Shown here: positions 37,101 through 46,620 of the stretch, piece by piece
Position numbering within the stretch: the stretch's first letter is position 1
Layout: each line of letters starts with the position of its first letter
Source: an uncultured Candidatus Saccharibacteria bacterium
GTDB lineage: Bacteria; Patescibacteriota; Doudnabacteria; UBA920; 2-01-FULL-46-14
NCBI GenBank assembly: GCA_964414215.1
Contig: CAYPVQ010000001.1
Location: forward strand, 1-46,990
Length of the DNA stretch: 46,990 nucleotides
Direction of reading: 5' to 3'
Position numbers and translations under genes: made by a program
The notes under the pieces: generated by a model
Told to the model about the DNA's origin: nothing
The model's database searches: none
What the model saw: the letters and a program-made list of their open reading frames with translations, nothing else

Positions 37101-38264
37101 TTAAAAATTCTCCTTAAGCTTGTCCCACAAACTTTCGTCCACACCCACACTCTCGCCGCGCTCCTCGGCTAATTTTTGGAAAAGCTCTTTTTCTTTCCGG
37201 GTTAGTTTGGTTGGCGTTACCACCCGCACTGTCACCAAATGATCCCCGCGCTTGCTACTCTCTAAATGCGGCACCCCTTTTGAGCGCAACCGCAAAACTT
37301 TGCCCGATTGCGTGCCGGCCGGTAGTTTCATCATCACTTTGCCATCCACAGTATTGGCTTCTACTTTTCCTCCCAAGGCCGCTTGGTAAAAACTAATTGG
37401 GATCTCGGAGAGAATATTAAACCCTTCGCGCCGAAATTCGGGATGAGGCCTGACTTTAATCACAATATATAAATCACCAGCCGAACTACCGCGATACCCA
37501 ACCTCTCCTTCGGTAGGGACTTTGATTCGCTGACCATCTTCCATGCCAGGCGGGATAAGAACTTTCAGGGATTTGCTTTGCTTTTTGACACCCTCCCCAC
37601 GGCATTCCAGACAAAGTTTCTCGGGAATCTTTCCTAGACCTTTGCACTCCTCACAAACTCGCACTTGCTGAAAACTTCCCAAGATCGTCCGCCGGTAATC
37701 AGTAATTTGGCCAGAGCCGTGGCAACGCGGGCAAGTGATAATCTTGCTTTCAGTTTGCGCCCCAGACCCTTGACAATACGGACAGCGATCCTTTTTTTCA
37801 ATAGTGATCTCTTTGTTTACCCCAAACACACTCTCGAGAAAATCAATCTCGATACTCATCTCCAAATCAATGCCTTGCTCGCGGCGCCCCTGACGGGGGG
37901 CACCAAAGATGTCGGAAAAAATATCGCCAAAGTTAAATTCCACGCCCGAAAAAGGTCCGCGGGAAAAATCCTGCCCAAACCCGCGCATGAACTCGGAAAA
38001 ATCATTAAACCCGCCGAAACCGCCAAATCCGGTATGCCCTTGAGCTCGGGCTTGTTCAAAAGTCTGGCCAAACTGGTCATACTGGGCGCGCTTAGCTTCA
38101 TCAGACAGAACCTCATAGGCATAGTTGATTTTCTTAAATTTTTCCGCTTCCCCGCCGCCTTTGTCTGGATGATGCTCGTGCGCCAGCCTGCGGTAGGCGC
38201 GCTTAATCTCGCCCTTGGAGGCAGTTTTGCCGACTCCTAAAATTTCGTAATAGTCATGGGGCAT
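37101..38264 (-). CDS. dnaJ: molecular chaperone DnaJ
   Basis: J-domain (DYYEILGV...HPDK), G/F-rich region and four CxxCxGxG zinc motifs. Confidence 0.9.
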   Translation of the reverse strand: MPHDYYEILGVGKTASKGEIKRAYRRLAHEHHPDKGGGEAEKFKKINYAYEVLSDEAKRAQYDQFGQTFEQARAQGHTGFGGFGGFNDFSEFMRGFGQDFSRGPFSGVEFNFGDIFSDIFGAPRQGRREQGIDLEMSIEIDFLESVFGVNKEITIEKKDRCPYCQGSGAQTESKIITCPRCHGSGQITDYRRTILGSFQQVRVCEECKGLGKIPEKLCLECRGEGVKKQSKSLKVLIPPGMEDGQRIKVPTEGEVGYRGSSAGDLYIVIKVRPHPEFRREGFNILSEIPISFYQAALGGKVEANTVDGKVMMKLPAGTQSGKVLRLRSKGVPHLESSKRGDHLVTVRVVTPTKLTRKEKELFQKLAEERGESVGVDESLWDKLKENF

Positions 38265-38335
38265 AATAATTTTTCAACTGCTCCAGTACGTCCTGGGTCC
38301 CGGATCGCTGTCCGGGATGACTCCACTTTGTGGAG

Positions 38336-40178
38336 TCATTTTTTCTCTTCAAACTTCGCGTCTTCGGGCTTATCTTTGTTTTTGTCTTCCCCGGTCTGCG
38401 TTTGTCCGCGGTCCCCTTCCTGTCCGTGCTTGTCTGCGTCTTTGTACATCGCGGCACCAACCTTCTGGACCTCCTGACTTATCTCATCCATCTGTTTTTT
38501 GATGGCCTCGACGTCATTGCCGTCTTTGATTTTTTTAAGTTCTGCCACCTTTGTCTCCAGAGAAGTCTTGGTCGCGGCGTCAACTTTATCACCCGCATCT
38601 TTCAAAGTTTTTTCCACCACGTGGATCAGCTGGTCAGCTTGGTTGCGGGTATCAATTAATTCGCGGCGCTGACGGTCCTCTGCCGCATGGGCTTCGGCTT
38701 CTTTTTTCATGCGCTCAATTTCCTCTTTGGAGAGATTGGACGAGCCGGAAATCGTGATGTGCTGTTCTTTGCTGGTAGCCTTGTCCTTGGCCGTAACTTT
38801 CAAAATCCCGTTGGCATCAATGTCAAATGCAACCTCGACCTGCGGGATACCGCGCGGGGCGGGCGGAATGCCGTCGAGAATAAATCGGCCCAAAGATTTA
38901 TTGTCCGCGGCCATGGGCCGTTCGCCCTGGAGCACGTGAATCTCAACCGAAGTCTGACTATCTGAGGCCGTGGAAAAAACTTGAGACTTGGCTGTGGGGA
39001 TAGTGGTATTACGCTCAATGAGCGGGGTAGCCACGCCGCCCAAAGTTTCAATTCCTAAAGTTAGAGGAGTGACATCAAGAAGCAGTACATCCTTGACTTC
39101 TCCGCCCAAAACTCCGGCCTGAATCGCCGCCCCTTTGGCCACGGCCTCCATGGGATCAACCCCACGTTCAACTTTTTTCCCCAAAAAATCTTCAACAAAT
39201 TTTTGGACCAAGGGCATACGCGTCGGGCCACCAACCATAATAATTTTGTCAACTTCTTGCGGGGAGAGTTTGGCATCCGCTAAAGCCTGCTCAATGGAGC
39301 CGCGCGTTCGCTCCACAATTGGTTTAACTAACTCTTCGAGTTTGGCCCGGGTAATTTTCATGGTCAAATGCCGCGGCCCTGTCTGCCGTGATAAACGGCA
39401 GATTGAGCTCCGTCTCAAGCGTAGTCGAGAGTTCAATCTTGGCTTTTTCCCCGGCTTCTTTGAGCCGGTTAAAGGCCATTTTGTCACTGCGGACATCGAT
39501 GCCCGAATCCTTTTTGAATTCACTGGCAATATAGTCAATGATGACATTATCCATGTCTGTGCCGCCCAAGTGCGTGTCTCCCGAAGTCGACACGACCTCA
39601 AAAACTCCCTGGCCAAAATCCATGATCGTGACATCCAAAGTCCCGCCGCCAAAATCAAAAACCATAATTTTTTGTTCGGCTCCGGCTTTGTCCAGGCCAT
39701 AGGCCAGCGCCGCGGCCGTAGGCTCGTTAATAATCCGGATCACTTCCAATCCCGCAATCTCGCCAGCATTTTTTGTTGCTTGCCTCTGCGCATCATCAAA
39801 ATAAGCCGGAACCGTAATCACGGCTTGCTTGAGTGGGGTACCCAAATAAGCTTCGGCATCTCGTTTAATTTTTTGCAAAATAAAAGCGGAGATTTGTTCC
39901 GGGGTATATTCTTTAGTGCGCAACGCAATTTTTTCTTTAGTACCCATCTTGCGCTTGACCGCATAAGCTGTGCCTTCGGGATTGGTTACCGCCTGGCGCC
40001 TCGCTGGTTCGCCAACCAAAAGTTCGCCATCTTTCGCAATGGCCACATATGAAGGAAAAGCTTTACCGCCCCCGACAGTAGTCCCCTCGGCCGAAGGGAT
40101 AATCACCGGCTTGCCGCCTTCAAGCACAGCGGCGGCACTGTTGGAAGTTCCTAAATCGATTCCGATAATTTTGGGCAT
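38336..40178 (-). pseudogene. dnaK: molecular chaperone DnaK, reading frame broken near 39380
   Basis: The N-terminal ORF (39324-40178; [19 protein letters not shown]) is correct up to ...LPFITAD. The conserved continuation [18 protein letters not shown]...GGPTRMP... is in the frame of the 38336-39700 ORF. Only one nt separates gac (D) from ggg (G). Confidence 0.85.
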
Positions 40179-40308
40179 AAATGAATCCTTTCAAAAATTA
40201 ATTCCAAATATCAAATTACAAATTTCAAATCAATGACTAAAGCTCAAACTTGTTTTTGTCATTTGGATGTTGGGCTTGATTTGACATTTGATATTTGTAA
40301 TTTGAAAT

Positions 40309-40770
40309 TTATTTGGCGACCTTGACCTTTGCTGCTCTAATTACCTTCCCATTCAACTTGTATCCCGCCTGAACCTCTTCGACAATGATCCCCGAATCCC
40401 CGCCCTCCACCATCTCCACGGCTTCGTGCAGTTCATGATTAAACTTCTCACCCACGGACTTGATCTTCTCAATACCCATTTCCAATAAAACTTTCTCCAA
40501 TTGCTGGACAATCTTTATCACTCCTTCTGACCAATTTTTAAATTTCTCATCAGCAGGGGCTTGCTTTAAAGCTTGCTCCAAACTTTCCAGAGTCGGCAAC
40601 ATTTTGACGACCGTAATTTCCTGGGCGAATTGGACGATCTCTTTGGCTTCTTTCTCTTGCCGCTTCTTGTAATTCTCAAAATCCGCGGCCGTGCGCTTCC
40701 AGGCGTTTAGGTATTCGTCAGCTTTTTGCTTATATTCGGCTAATTCTGGATTTTCTTGATCGTTGCTCAT
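40309..40770 (-). CDS. grpE: nucleotide exchange factor GrpE
   Basis: 153 aa. KRTAADFENYKKRQEKE followed by the C-terminal beta domain (HEAVEMVE...VQAGYKLNGKVIRAAKVKV). Confidence 0.85.
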   Translation of the reverse strand: MSNDQENPELAEYKQKADEYLNAWKRTAADFENYKKRQEKEAKEIVQFAQEITVVKMLPTLESLEQALKQAPADEKFKNWSEGVIKIVQQLEKVLLEMGIEKIKSVGEKFNHELHEAVEMVEGGDSGIIVEEVQAGYKLNGKVIRAAKVKVAK

Positions 40771-40777
40771 ATCTCTT

Positions 40778-40836
40778 TGTCACTCCCGCGAAGGCGGGAG
40801 TCCATTCTTACTGGATCCCCGCCTGCGCGGGGATGC
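40778..40836. repeat. double-hairpin element between hrcA and grpE (tgtcactcccgcgaaggcgggagtcc...ggatccccgcctgcgcggggatgca)
   Basis: Read directly. Same architecture as the elements at 19892-19952 and 20493-20580. Confidence 0.7.
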
Positions 40837-40838
40837 AA

Positions 40839-41570
40839 TTATAAATTGAAAATTATAATCGCTCCCAACCCGCTCGACAATAACTTCGATATATATTCCA
40901 GCAAACTGATATTCCTCGCATACTTCATCCGCTTCGGGCCGACGATGCCAATGAGGCCTTTCGCCCCGCTGGGCAGGCGCACACGGCTCACCACCAGACT
41001 GAAATCCTGCGCCAGAGGCAGCGGGGCTTCTTTGCCGATAAAAGTCGCGACATTCCGAATATCTTGTTTTATTAGCGCCTGGCCTCGCTCTTCGAGTTCG
41101 TCAAAAAAATTCGCCACTTCCCGGAGCTCCTCGCGGCCCACACCCTGCGCAATCACCTGCGACAAGCCGCTCGTGGCAACTCCTTCCGGCAAAAGCGCGA
41201 ATGCCGCGCCGTGCGCCTGCTCGGACAAAAGTTTGCTGATGCTCCGGCCAAGCTCCAGATACTGTTTCTGCAATCTCGCTAATTCTTGCCGCAGCTGCGC
41301 CTGTTCCGCAGTGCTCAACTCCAAGTGATGCATGAGCTTATTCACAAAATACCGATAGCCTTTATCAGTCGGCATCCGGCCAGCAGAAGTATGCGGCTGC
41401 ATAATGAAACCGACCTTCTCCAAAGCCTGCATTTCGTTGCGGATCGTGGCGGGACTCACTTGAAAATGATATCCCTTGACCAGTTCTTCTGATCCCACAG
41501 GACTGCCGGTTTGGCTATATTCCTTCACAATCGCCGCTAAAATTTGGGCTTGTCGGGTTGTAATTTCCAT
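40839..41570 (-). CDS. hrcA: heat-inducible repressor HrcA
   Basis: Winged-helix N-terminus TTRQAQILAAIVKEYSQTGSPVGSEELV...SPATIRNEMQALEKVGFI.QPHTSAGR.PTDKGYR. The start was set to the ATG at 41570, because the 22-codon extension to 41636 is read from a repeat element. Confidence 0.85.
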   Translation of the reverse strand: MEITTRQAQILAAIVKEYSQTGSPVGSEELVKGYHFQVSPATIRNEMQALEKVGFIMQPHTSAGRMPTDKGYRYFVNKLMHHLELSTAEQAQLRQELARLQKQYLELGRSISKLLSEQAHGAAFALLPEGVATSGLSQVIAQGVGREELREVANFFDELEERGQALIKQDIRNVATFIGKEAPLPLAQDFSLVVSRVRLPSGAKGLIGIVGPKRMKYARNISLLEYISKLLSSGLGAIIIFNL

Positions 41571-41650
41571 ATTATCTTCCGTGCTTTCTCCCTCTCCTTT
41601 CAAGGAAGGGGGAGACAAAGAGGGGGTAAGTTCCAAATATTATTATACTT

Positions 41651-41677
41651 TTAGCACTCGACCCTGTCAAGTGCTAA
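41651..41677. promoter_or_regulatory. CIRCE operator (HrcA binding site)
   Basis: TTAGCACTC-N9-AAGTGCTAA compared with the consensus TTAGCACTC-N9-GAGTGCTAA (one mismatch). It is upstream of hrcA. Confidence 0.85.
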
Positions 41678-41689
41678 TCCTCCTTTTCT

Positions 41690-41827
41690 CTGAGACCGTC
41701 CGAGAACTGTCTTTGCGAGGAGCCCCGACCCGGATCGGGACGACGAAGCAATCCCATTGATTAGCCAAAAAGATTGCTTCGCTTAAGCTCGCAATGACGG
41801 AAAAATAGAGTTTTCGGACGGTCTCAG
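41690..41827. repeat. 138-bp MITE-like element with 19-bp terminal inverted repeats
   Basis: ctgagaccgtccgagaact (41690-41708) pairs with agttttcggacggtctcag (41809-41827) with one mismatch. The internal tttgcgagg...gattgcttcg...ctcgcaatgac is related to 4869-4948. Confidence 0.75.
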
Positions 41828-41947
41828 ATGGAGGGGGTTATTTTCACTAGACAACTCCTCAAATCTCTGCTACCCTTCCACTTTGCTATCTTCGGTGTTG
41901 GTTTCTCGATAGTCAATAGTCAACTTTTCCCGAAGGAGGAAAAAGTT

Positions 41948-42331
41948 ATGGAAGGTCAATACGGACCGAACACGGCCCTAGTTGAGCGATTCTTCGCTCG
42001 CCTGCGCGAGGGGTTAACCCTTGCGCAATGGATCGTGGTTGCACAAGCGGGCAAGTTTGCCCAGCCGTGGTGGGATGCTTGCCAGCGGGCCCAAAAAGCG
42101 GCTGACGAAATGCAGATCAAAAACCTGTTGCTGGCCGCGGTGCGCGATGATGTTACCCTGTGGTACAACACACACGGGGCCAAAACCGCACACAGTTTGG
42201 TAATAGGCACATCGCTTGCCCTCGCGACAAAGGGCAAGATCACAGAACAGGAGTTTCAAGAGCTCTATTCACCTCTTGAACCCATAATCCCATTCGAAAG
42301 CCTGAAGGCCAAGGAGGCTCCATGTCCATAA
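41948..42331 (+). CDS. hypothetical protein
   Basis: The start was trimmed to the ATG at 41948, preceded by GAAGGAGG. 127 aa, GC-rich, no motif recognised. Confidence 0.5.
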   Translation: MEGQYGPNTALVERFFARLREGLTLAQWIVVAQAGKFAQPWWDACQRAQKAADEMQIKNLLLAAVRDDVTLWYNTHGAKTAHSLVIGTSLALATKGKITEQEFQELYSPLEPIIPFESLKAKEAPCP

Positions 42332-42498
42332 TCTGGAATGACGAAAGAGGAAACGACCTCAACCGCGAGATCGAGTCCTGGGTCGAGCAGAAGCTCGATC
42401 GAGCTGAGGCAGTGCTGACGGCCACGGCCTGGACTCTCATTGCCCTCATTTTCCTCGGAGCGCTGGTCACGATTTTCGCCGCACTCGCGGCAAGATAA
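42322..42498 (+). CDS. small C-terminally membrane-anchored protein (58 aa, below the ORF-track cutoff)
   Basis: The ATG at 42322 is preceded by AAGGAGG. Reads MSIIWNDERGNDLNREIESWVEQKLDRAEAVLTATAWTLIALIFLGALVTIFAALAAR. It overlaps the previous stop by 10 nt. Confidence 0.5.
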   Translation: MSIIWNDERGNDLNREIESWVEQKLDRAEAVLTATAWTLIALIFLGALVTIFAALAAR

Positions 42499-42519
42499 AA
42501 TCGTGCCCGCCGCAACAAG

Positions 42520-42558
42520 CCGCTCGCGATTCGTCCCCCACGCGAGCGGTTTTTTTTA
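42520..42558 (+). terminator. intrinsic terminator
   Basis: ccgctcgcg-(12 nt)-cgcgagcgg followed by a run of nine T. Confidence 0.75.
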
Positions 42559-42603
42559 TTTCCCTATTTCAGTTCCCAGTTATAGTTATTGTTATAGTTA
42601 TTG

Positions 42604-45495
42604 TTATCGATTCACAAGTACTCTTTTCAAGTACTGCCCGGTGTAACTTTTCTTGACCATGGCAACTTCTTCAGGGGTGCCCTCGGCCACGAGGTAACCG
42701 CCCTTTTCCCCGCCCTCCGGCCCCAAATCAATAACCCAGTCCGCATATTTAATCACGTGCAAATTGTGCTCAATCACAATTACAGTGTTGCCTTTGTCCA
42801 CGAGTTTGGTAAGGACATCCAAAAGCCGCTTCACATCATCAAAATGCAAACCCGTGGTCGGCTCATCCAAAATGTACAAGGTTTTGCCAGTCTGCATCCG
42901 CGAAAGTTCGGTTGAGAGTTTAATGCGCTGGGCTTCTCCGCCCGAGAGCGTGGTGGCCGGTTGCCCCAAATGCATATAGCCTAGGCCCACCAGTGACAGC
43001 ACGTCGAGTTTGCGGAAAATCGCCGGAATATTGCGGAAAAAAATCCGCGCCTCATCCACAGTCATTTCCAAAACATCGGCAATGGTTTGGCCTTTGTAGT
43101 GAATGTCCAGGGCCTCTTTGTTGTAGCGCTGGCCCTTGCACTCCTCGCAAGTCACATACACGTCTGGCAGAAAGTGCATCTCAATTTGAATGACGCCGTC
43201 GCCCGCACAAACCTCGCACCGCCCGCCTTTGACATTGAAAGAAAACCTCCCTGGGTGATAGCCGCGCATCCGCGCCTCGGGCGTTGCGGCAAACAAGTCG
43301 CGGATATAGGTAAAGACGCCGGTGTAAGTGGCCGAATTAGAACGGGGGGTGCGGCCAATGGGCGATTGATCAATACTGATGACTTTATCAATATGGTCTA
43401 ATCCCAAAATCTTTTTATGCTCCCCAGGAGCGTCTTTGGCATTGTAAAAGTAAGAGGCCAAGGCCTTGGCCAAAATATCATTTAAGAGCGTGGATTTGCC
43501 CGAACCAGACACGCCGGTGATGCAGATAAATTTTCCCAAAGGAATGTCCACGTTGAGGTTTTGCAGATTGTGTTCAACCGCTCCCATAATTGAGAGCTTC
43601 CGGCCATTCCCAGGGCGGCGGCGAGTGGGTACCGGAATAATTTCCAGACGGGCTAAATATTTGCCCGTGAGAGAGGTCGGGTGCTTTTTGATGGCTTGCG
43701 GCGGGCCAGCCGCGACCACCTCGCCGCCGTGTTTGCCAGCACCAGGGCCAATATCCACGACCCAATCTGCGGAAAGAATCATCTCTTCGTCATGTTCCAC
43801 CACAATTACGGTATTACCCAAATCCCGCAATGCTTTGAGTGTTGCTAAAAGCCTCGCATTATCACGCTGGTGAAGACCAATTGAGGGTTCGTCTAAAATA
43901 TACAAAACCCCGGTTAAGCCTGAACCAATCTGGGTCGCAAGTCTAATCCGCTGCGCTTCGCCTCCGGAGAGAGTATCAGCCGAGCGAGCCAGGGTGAGAT
44001 ACTCCAGTCCCACATTTTGTAAAAATCGTAAGCGGGCCCGAATCTCTTTGAGGATTTGTTTGGCAATCTTTTTTTCTTTGTCAGTAAGTTTTTTTTCCAA
44101 ATCTTCAAAAAAGTCTTGCAAGGCTCCGACATTCATGGCCGCGACATCAGTGATTGATTTTTGCGCGACCGTTACGGCCAAAACCTCGGGCCGCAAGCGC
44201 TTGCCGCGGCAAGTTGGGCAAAGCTTGAGGCGCATATACTGCTCAATCTCGCTTCGCATATAGTCAGAATCAGTCTCTTTGTACCGGCGCATGAGATTGG
44301 GAATTACTCCTTCAAAATCCCCCTCCCCATAGAGCACGAGATTAATGTATTTCTGGTCGAGATTTTTGACTGGCTCCATGGTGGAGAAGCCGTGATCTTG
44401 GGCGACTTCTTCGAGAATGCGGTCGTACCACGAAAGCCGGGCCGTGGTCTTGCTCCACGGCCGGATCGCCCCTTCTGCCAAAGATAAGCGCGGGTTAGGG
44501 ATAACTAGTTCGGGATCAACCTCCAGTTTTGTGCCGAGTCCCGTACAATCTGGACAAGCCCCGTGCGGAGAATTAAAGGAAAAATTTCGCGGATGAAGTT
44601 CTGGCAAAGCGACATGGCCCTCGGGACAGGCAAACTTTTGCGAGAGGATAATTTCTTTGTAACCCTCTCCGTTGCCTGCCCGCCTCTGGAGGGAGGGGAG
44701 GGGGGCGCCCGCAGGGAGGGAGGGGTCTTTACCAACAATTACGAGAATGGCTGTCTCATTTCCCAAATCCAGAGCCGTCTCCAGAGAATCGGCAATTCGA
44801 GCCCGGTCTTTTTTTTCCACGGTCAGCCGATCCACGACTACGTCAATCGAATGCTTTTTCTTTTTATCAAGATTCAAGGTCAAAGCCTCACCGAGATCCA
44901 TGAACGTGCCATCAAGGCGGACTCTCGCGTACCCCGCTTTTTTAATTTCTTCTAAAATGTGTTTGTGCTCCCCTTTGCGGTCTTGAACAAAAGGTGAAAG
45001 CAGGATAATTTTGGTACCCTCTGGATAGCCCAAAATTTGATCCGCCATTTGCGTCACGCTCTGGCCGGAAATTTTTTTGCGGCAAACCGGGCAGTGCGGC
45101 ACCCCAATGCGCGCAAACAGCAGACGCAGGTAATCGTAAATCTCGGTGACAGTGCCCACGGTGGAGCGCGGATTGTGAGAGGCTGATTTTTGGTCAATGG
45201 AAATCGCGGGCGAGAGTCCTTCAATCTGCTCGACATCAGGCTTGTCCATGAGACCCAAAAACTGCCTAGCATAAGCCGAGAGGCTTTCTACATATCGGCG
45301 CTGGCCCTCGGCATAAATCGTGTCAAAAGCCAGAGAAGATTTACCTGAACCAGAAATGCCGGTAAAGACAATTAATTTATGACGCGGCAAATCCACATCA
45401 ATATTTTTGAGATTGTGCACCTTGGCGCCGCGGATCCGGATGAGGCCAAATTCTGCTTTGTCTATAGACTTTGCTTTGGAATTGAGATTTTTCAC
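42604..45495 (-). CDS. uvrA: excinuclease ABC subunit UvrA with one in-frame palindromic insertion
   Basis: 963 aa with two ABC ATPase modules ([26 protein letters not shown] twice) and zinc modules. GTG start. Inserted segment [22 protein letters not shown]. Confidence 0.9.
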   Translation of the reverse strand: MKNLNSKAKSIDKAEFGLIRIRGAKVHNLKNIDVDLPRHKLIVFTGISGSGKSSLAFDTIYAEGQRRYVESLSAYARQFLGLMDKPDVEQIEGLSPAISIDQKSASHNPRSTVGTVTEIYDYLRLLFARIGVPHCPVCRKKISGQSVTQMADQILGYPEGTKIILLSPFVQDRKGEHKHILEEIKKAGYARVRLDGTFMDLGEALTLNLDKKKKHSIDVVVDRLTVEKKDRARIADSLETALDLGNETAILVIVGKDPSLPAGAPLPSLQRRAGNGEGYKEIILSQKFACPEGHVALPELHPRNFSFNSPHGACPDCTGLGTKLEVDPELVIPNPRLSLAEGAIRPWSKTTARLSWYDRILEEVAQDHGFSTMEPVKNLDQKYINLVLYGEGDFEGVIPNLMRRYKETDSDYMRSEIEQYMRLKLCPTCRGKRLRPEVLAVTVAQKSITDVAAMNVGALQDFFEDLEKKLTDKEKKIAKQILKEIRARLRFLQNVGLEYLTLARSADTLSGGEAQRIRLATQIGSGLTGVLYILDEPSIGLHQRDNARLLATLKALRDLGNTVIVVEHDEEMILSADWVVDIGPGAGKHGGEVVAAGPPQAIKKHPTSLTGKYLARLEIIPVPTRRRPGNGRKLSIMGAVEHNLQNLNVDIPLGKFICITGVSGSGKSTLLNDILAKALASYFYNAKDAPGEHKKILGLDHIDKVISIDQSPIGRTPRSNSATYTGVFTYIRDLFAATPEARMRGYHPGRFSFNVKGGRCEVCAGDGVIQIEMHFLPDVYVTCEECKGQRYNKEALDIHYKGQTIADVLEMTVDEARIFFRNIPAIFRKLDVLSLVGLGYMHLGQPATTLSGGEAQRIKLSTELSRMQTGKTLYILDEPTTGLHFDDVKRLLDVLTKLVDKGNTVIVIEHNLHVIKYADWVIDLGPEGGEKGGYLVAEGTPEEVAMVKKSYTGQYLKRVLVNR
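44663..44727. repeat. GC-rich palindromic element inside uvrA
   Basis: Sequence accctctccgttgcctgcccgcctctggagggaggggaggggggcgcccgcagggagggaggggt. Confidence 0.7.
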
Positions 45496-45625
45496 AACGC
45501 GAGATTAGCCACCCCTTGGCGGATAAAAATAAAGTGGCCTCCATTGTAACACGGCTGTCAAGAATAATCAATAGTGCGCTGATCGCCTTAACCCAAAACA
45601 AAACAGGAGGCTGATCAACTTGCAA

Positions 45626-45901
45626 TCAACCCCCTGCGCCATGCTTGGTCGCGCCGATGCCGGCGCGAGTTAGGACAGCGGCCCGTGCTGGCAGTTGCTT
45701 CTGTTTGAGGCGAATCCGAAGGACGGGCCGGGACGGGAGCCAAACGACTCCATACGAGAACAATACAGCAGCCGCAATGAGAAGTACCCACTCGAAATGC
45801 GCCCCCCACCCCATTTCGAAGTATGCCGCCGCGGTAATGACTGCTAGACTCGCAGTCACATACAACTGTACTGCGAGTTTCCACCTTTGCTCCTTGCGCA
45901 T
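45626..45901 (-). CDS. small two-TM membrane protein
   Basis: 91 aa with a GGAGGGAGAGGAGG tract upstream of the ATG and two hydrophobic helices. Confidence 0.45.
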   Translation of the reverse strand: MRKEQRWKLAVQLYVTASLAVITAAAYFEMGWGAHFEWVLLIAAAVLFSYGVVWLPSRPVLRIRLKQKQLPARAAVLTRAGIGATKHGAGG

Positions 45902-45919
45902 CCTCCTCTCCCTCCTTTC

Positions 45920-46111
45920 TCACGAAATGGCGATCCGCTGAAACGACCGCAGAATCGCCCCGCCGTAAAACCAAACCAGAGCTACAATTATTGCCACTAC
46001 GACCGCCGCGACGAGCAGTAGCGCGGTCTGGACGAGAAACTTCGCGACCCTTCCTGCCTGATTAAAGGGCTCGCTGGTCCCTTCACCGAGAAATCCTAAG
46101 ATTCCACTCAT
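45920..46111 (-). CDS. small one-TM membrane protein
   Basis: 63 aa with AAGGAGG 6 nt upstream of the ATG. Contains the helix LLLVAAVVVAIIVALVWF. Confidence 0.5.
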   Translation of the reverse strand: MSGILGFLGEGTSEPFNQAGRVAKFLVQTALLLVAAVVVAIIVALVWFYGGAILRSFQRIAIS

Positions 46112-46137
46112 GAAAGCCTCCTTTGGAAAGATTTGCC

Positions 46138-46446
46138 TTAATTAAATCCCTTTTGGGCACCCCTTGTCAATTCCAAAAAGAAAAAGCGGCTTGCGGATTC
46201 GGGAAGGTCCCGAACGCGAGCCGCATCAGAGGGTAAAACAGGCTCCGAATAAACCGATAGGGGCAATTGTCGTTCGGCTTGCTTCTTCTCCTGGCGGAAG
46301 CTAAGCCATGAGAAGAAGAAGATTATTAGCAGTATAAGCATGACTCCTGCTAATATCCACGTAACCATCCCGCATGGAATGAGCTGCGGTAGCCATCGGT
46401 ACAACTTACAGAGATGCGAAAGTCTTCTGGTTCCAACATCTCTCAA
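46138..46446 (-). CDS. hypothetical membrane protein (start uncertain)
   Basis: 102-aa ORF from a TTG start. It has one strong TM helix (VTWILAGVMLILLIIFFFSWL). The GGAGGAGG upstream is better spaced for a 29-codon ATG ORF in another frame. Confidence 0.3.
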   Translation of the reverse strand: MRDVGTRRLSHLCKLYRWLPQLIPCGMVTWILAGVMLILLIIFFFSWLSFRQEKKQAERQLPLSVYSEPVLPSDAARVRDLPESASRFFFLELTRGAQKGFN

Positions 46447-46520
46447 CCTCCTCCAGATTTGCCTCTATTTAATACCCAATCCGCACTGTTGTCAATGATA
46501 ATTATTGTCATTCCTTCATT

Positions 46521-46602
46521 CCTCCCCTAGAATAGGGGAGGTTAGGAGGGGTAGATTTAGCGCCATTAATACCTCCCCTTCCCCCTCCTATTCTAGGAGG
46601 GG
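46521..46602. repeat. ~82-bp compound palindrome upstream of uvrC
   Basis: It contains cctcccctagaataggggagg (46521-41) and cccctcctattctaggagggg (46582-602). An inner pair, ttaggaggggta / tacctcccctt, lies between them. Confidence 0.7.
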
Positions 46603-46620
46603 AACAAAAACCGCAACTAC

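Noticed and set aside
39385-39700. N-terminal ~105 residues of ORF 38336-39700 as a separate protein
   Set aside because: This part ([22 protein letters not shown]...) is the out-of-frame overlap with the dnaK N-terminal half. Only the region after GPRHLTMK is genuine DnaK sequence.
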